A DNA stretch of 64,000 bases from Phoronis australis (lineage: Eukaryota; Animalia; Phoronida), in contig NMRA01000853.1 in the NCBI GenBank assembly GCA_002633005.1, forward strand, positions 1 to 64,000, given 5' to 3'. Shown in pieces: positions 62,290 through 64,000 of this stretch. Numbering within the stretch: position 1 is the first letter of the stretch; each line of letters begins with the position of its first letter. The position numbers and the translations under genes were made by a program. The notes under the pieces are model-generated. The model had not been told where the DNA came from, searched no databases, and saw nothing but the letters and a program-made list of their open reading frames with translations.

Positions 62290-63660
62290 TTAAGCTGCTA
62301 AAAAGATATGTGGAATGTCGCGCAACAGATAGGACTCCATTTCAAAATCAATTTTAAATGAGGAATATGTATTAAGTTTTGAGCTATTCTCCACAGCAAA
62401 GTTCCAGTCTTGTAAAGAACAATCTTTAATTCGCTGTTCAAAAATGCCAAGAAAAGATTCTTCGCAGCCAACTCCTTGATTGTGACATATCAATCCAAAA
62501 CCATACTTTTGCAGCAAATTCCTAACAGATGAAGCCCAATTTTTCCTACCAGCCTCATCCAATGTGACAAGCTTGTCATATACTGATTTTGGATTTCGAT
62601 GTGATGGCATTTTAACAAACTAAACCAATACTTGATCACTTTAACAAACAGCTTTAATAAATTGGATACCATCCCAGTTCTCCCAGGACAGCATAATTTG
62701 GACAATTACTTCCAAAACCCAGCAGTTGCTTACAGAATTTTAACTGGACGCTCTCGATACTAGAATATTCTTTAGATCACCACATCTCACTGCCATAGCT
62801 AATGATTGGGTTATACCATTTTATCAAAAAACTCTAGTGCAATTTTCAGTGAAAGTCGTCCACATTTTTTACTTAAAGAGTTTAATTAAAAAATGCTTTC
62901 TGTGCCTGGTGAGACAAAGTTTCCATGGCTTGAGTCCAGACTAACTTAGGAGTAAGTCAAATACCCAGGTACTTATAAGATGAGACGACAGAAATTTTGT
63001 CTTTTCCATTTTTCGTATTTTCTCAATCGTCCGCCTTTTGTAAATACCATTATTTTTGTTTTTTTAAGCTTAACTTTCATACCCCAATCCTGTCAGTATT
63101 CATGCAGAACCTTAATGTGTTGCTGTAGTTTAAATGCACAACCAATCATGTCATCAGCGTATAGCTACATACAAATTTGAGGTACATTCTCATTTACGTA
63201 AATTCCGCTATTTAAAGATTCTTTTAAGTAATCAACGAACACGTCCAAATTCATACTGAACAGTAAAGTACCAAATGACTACTGAAAAAGTCAGTTAACC
63301 CACGCTAAGTTCATACACACGCTCTTAGCTTTGAATACATACTTTTCATCAAATCTAAAACATTACCATGAATTCCCATTTTTGTAGCCTATTCCACAAA
63401 AATCATGTGAATTGTTGTCGAAGGCCTTAGAAAAATCCACGTATACGTATATAGTATAAAATCTGTCCCTGCGCTTAGTCAAGTACTTATGAACAATTCC
63501 TTGTAACGTAAAATTTTGATCTATTGTACTATACCCTTTTCTAAAACCAGCCTGAGTTTAGTTAAATAAGTCGTTATGGTTGGCTCAACTTGTTAGACGA
63601 GCGTTCATAAGTTTCGTAAAATTTTTCCCGATAACAGGCCGAAGTGAAATACCGCGAAAA
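62290..63660 (-). mobile_element. Second RTE-X-like LINE remnant, same family type as 20040-22842
   Basis: QAGFRKGYSTIDQ, YVDFSKAFD, YADD, KTKIMVFTKGGRLRKYEKW, NWASSVRNLLQKYGFG...FEQRIKDCSLQDW. Confidence 0.85.
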
Positions 63661-64000
63661 AGTACGTGATGTTTCCTATAGCACGATTTTACTAGCTGCC
63701 AAAACGTTTCTATGATTGTTAACATTTTCAATTAATTTCTTTTCTCAGGAAATCTTTAAATAGCTTTCTCTTGACTTAAAATCGCTTTGAATTTTTGTCG
63801 CAATTCTTTGTACTAAACACAATTTACCTGATTATGATAGTTTCGGAAACCAGAAAACGCACAATTTCTCTCTCTTTTCAATGCCTCTAGCTCTTCATCC
63901 CACAACGATGAAAATTTCAATGTGTTTCCAGGGTATGTTTTTAATACATATGGAGGTATTTTGATCTTTAAATCAAATTATGATTGTAAATTGCTGTCTC

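Overview
AT-rich, intron-rich animal genomic DNA (probably a marine invertebrate), largely made of decayed transposons. I rebuilt two spliced genes by hand from GT-AG junctions and phase continuity; they are divergently oriented. (1) Minus strand, 32594 to at least 6399, 9 coding exons, about 738 aa within the window and 3'-incomplete: an intact RIP-kinase-like non-RD kinase spliced in frame to a PARP14-like middle region and the start of a macrodomain. (2) Plus strand, 39568-52253, 8 exons, 514 aa: a signal peptide, an acidic Pro/Thr/Asp hexapeptide-repeat stalk and two tandem Tae4-like cysteine amidase domains. This looks like a domesticated bacterial type VI secretion peptidoglycan amidase effector (Dae4-like) that duplicated internally after gaining introns. 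The rest comprises Academ, Kolobok-like, piggyBac, RTE-X, CR1/L2, L1/Tx1, Penelope, Gypsy and SINE remnants, an 896-N gap and a probable haplotype duplication of the last amidase exons. Family assignments come from motif recognition only; no searches were run.
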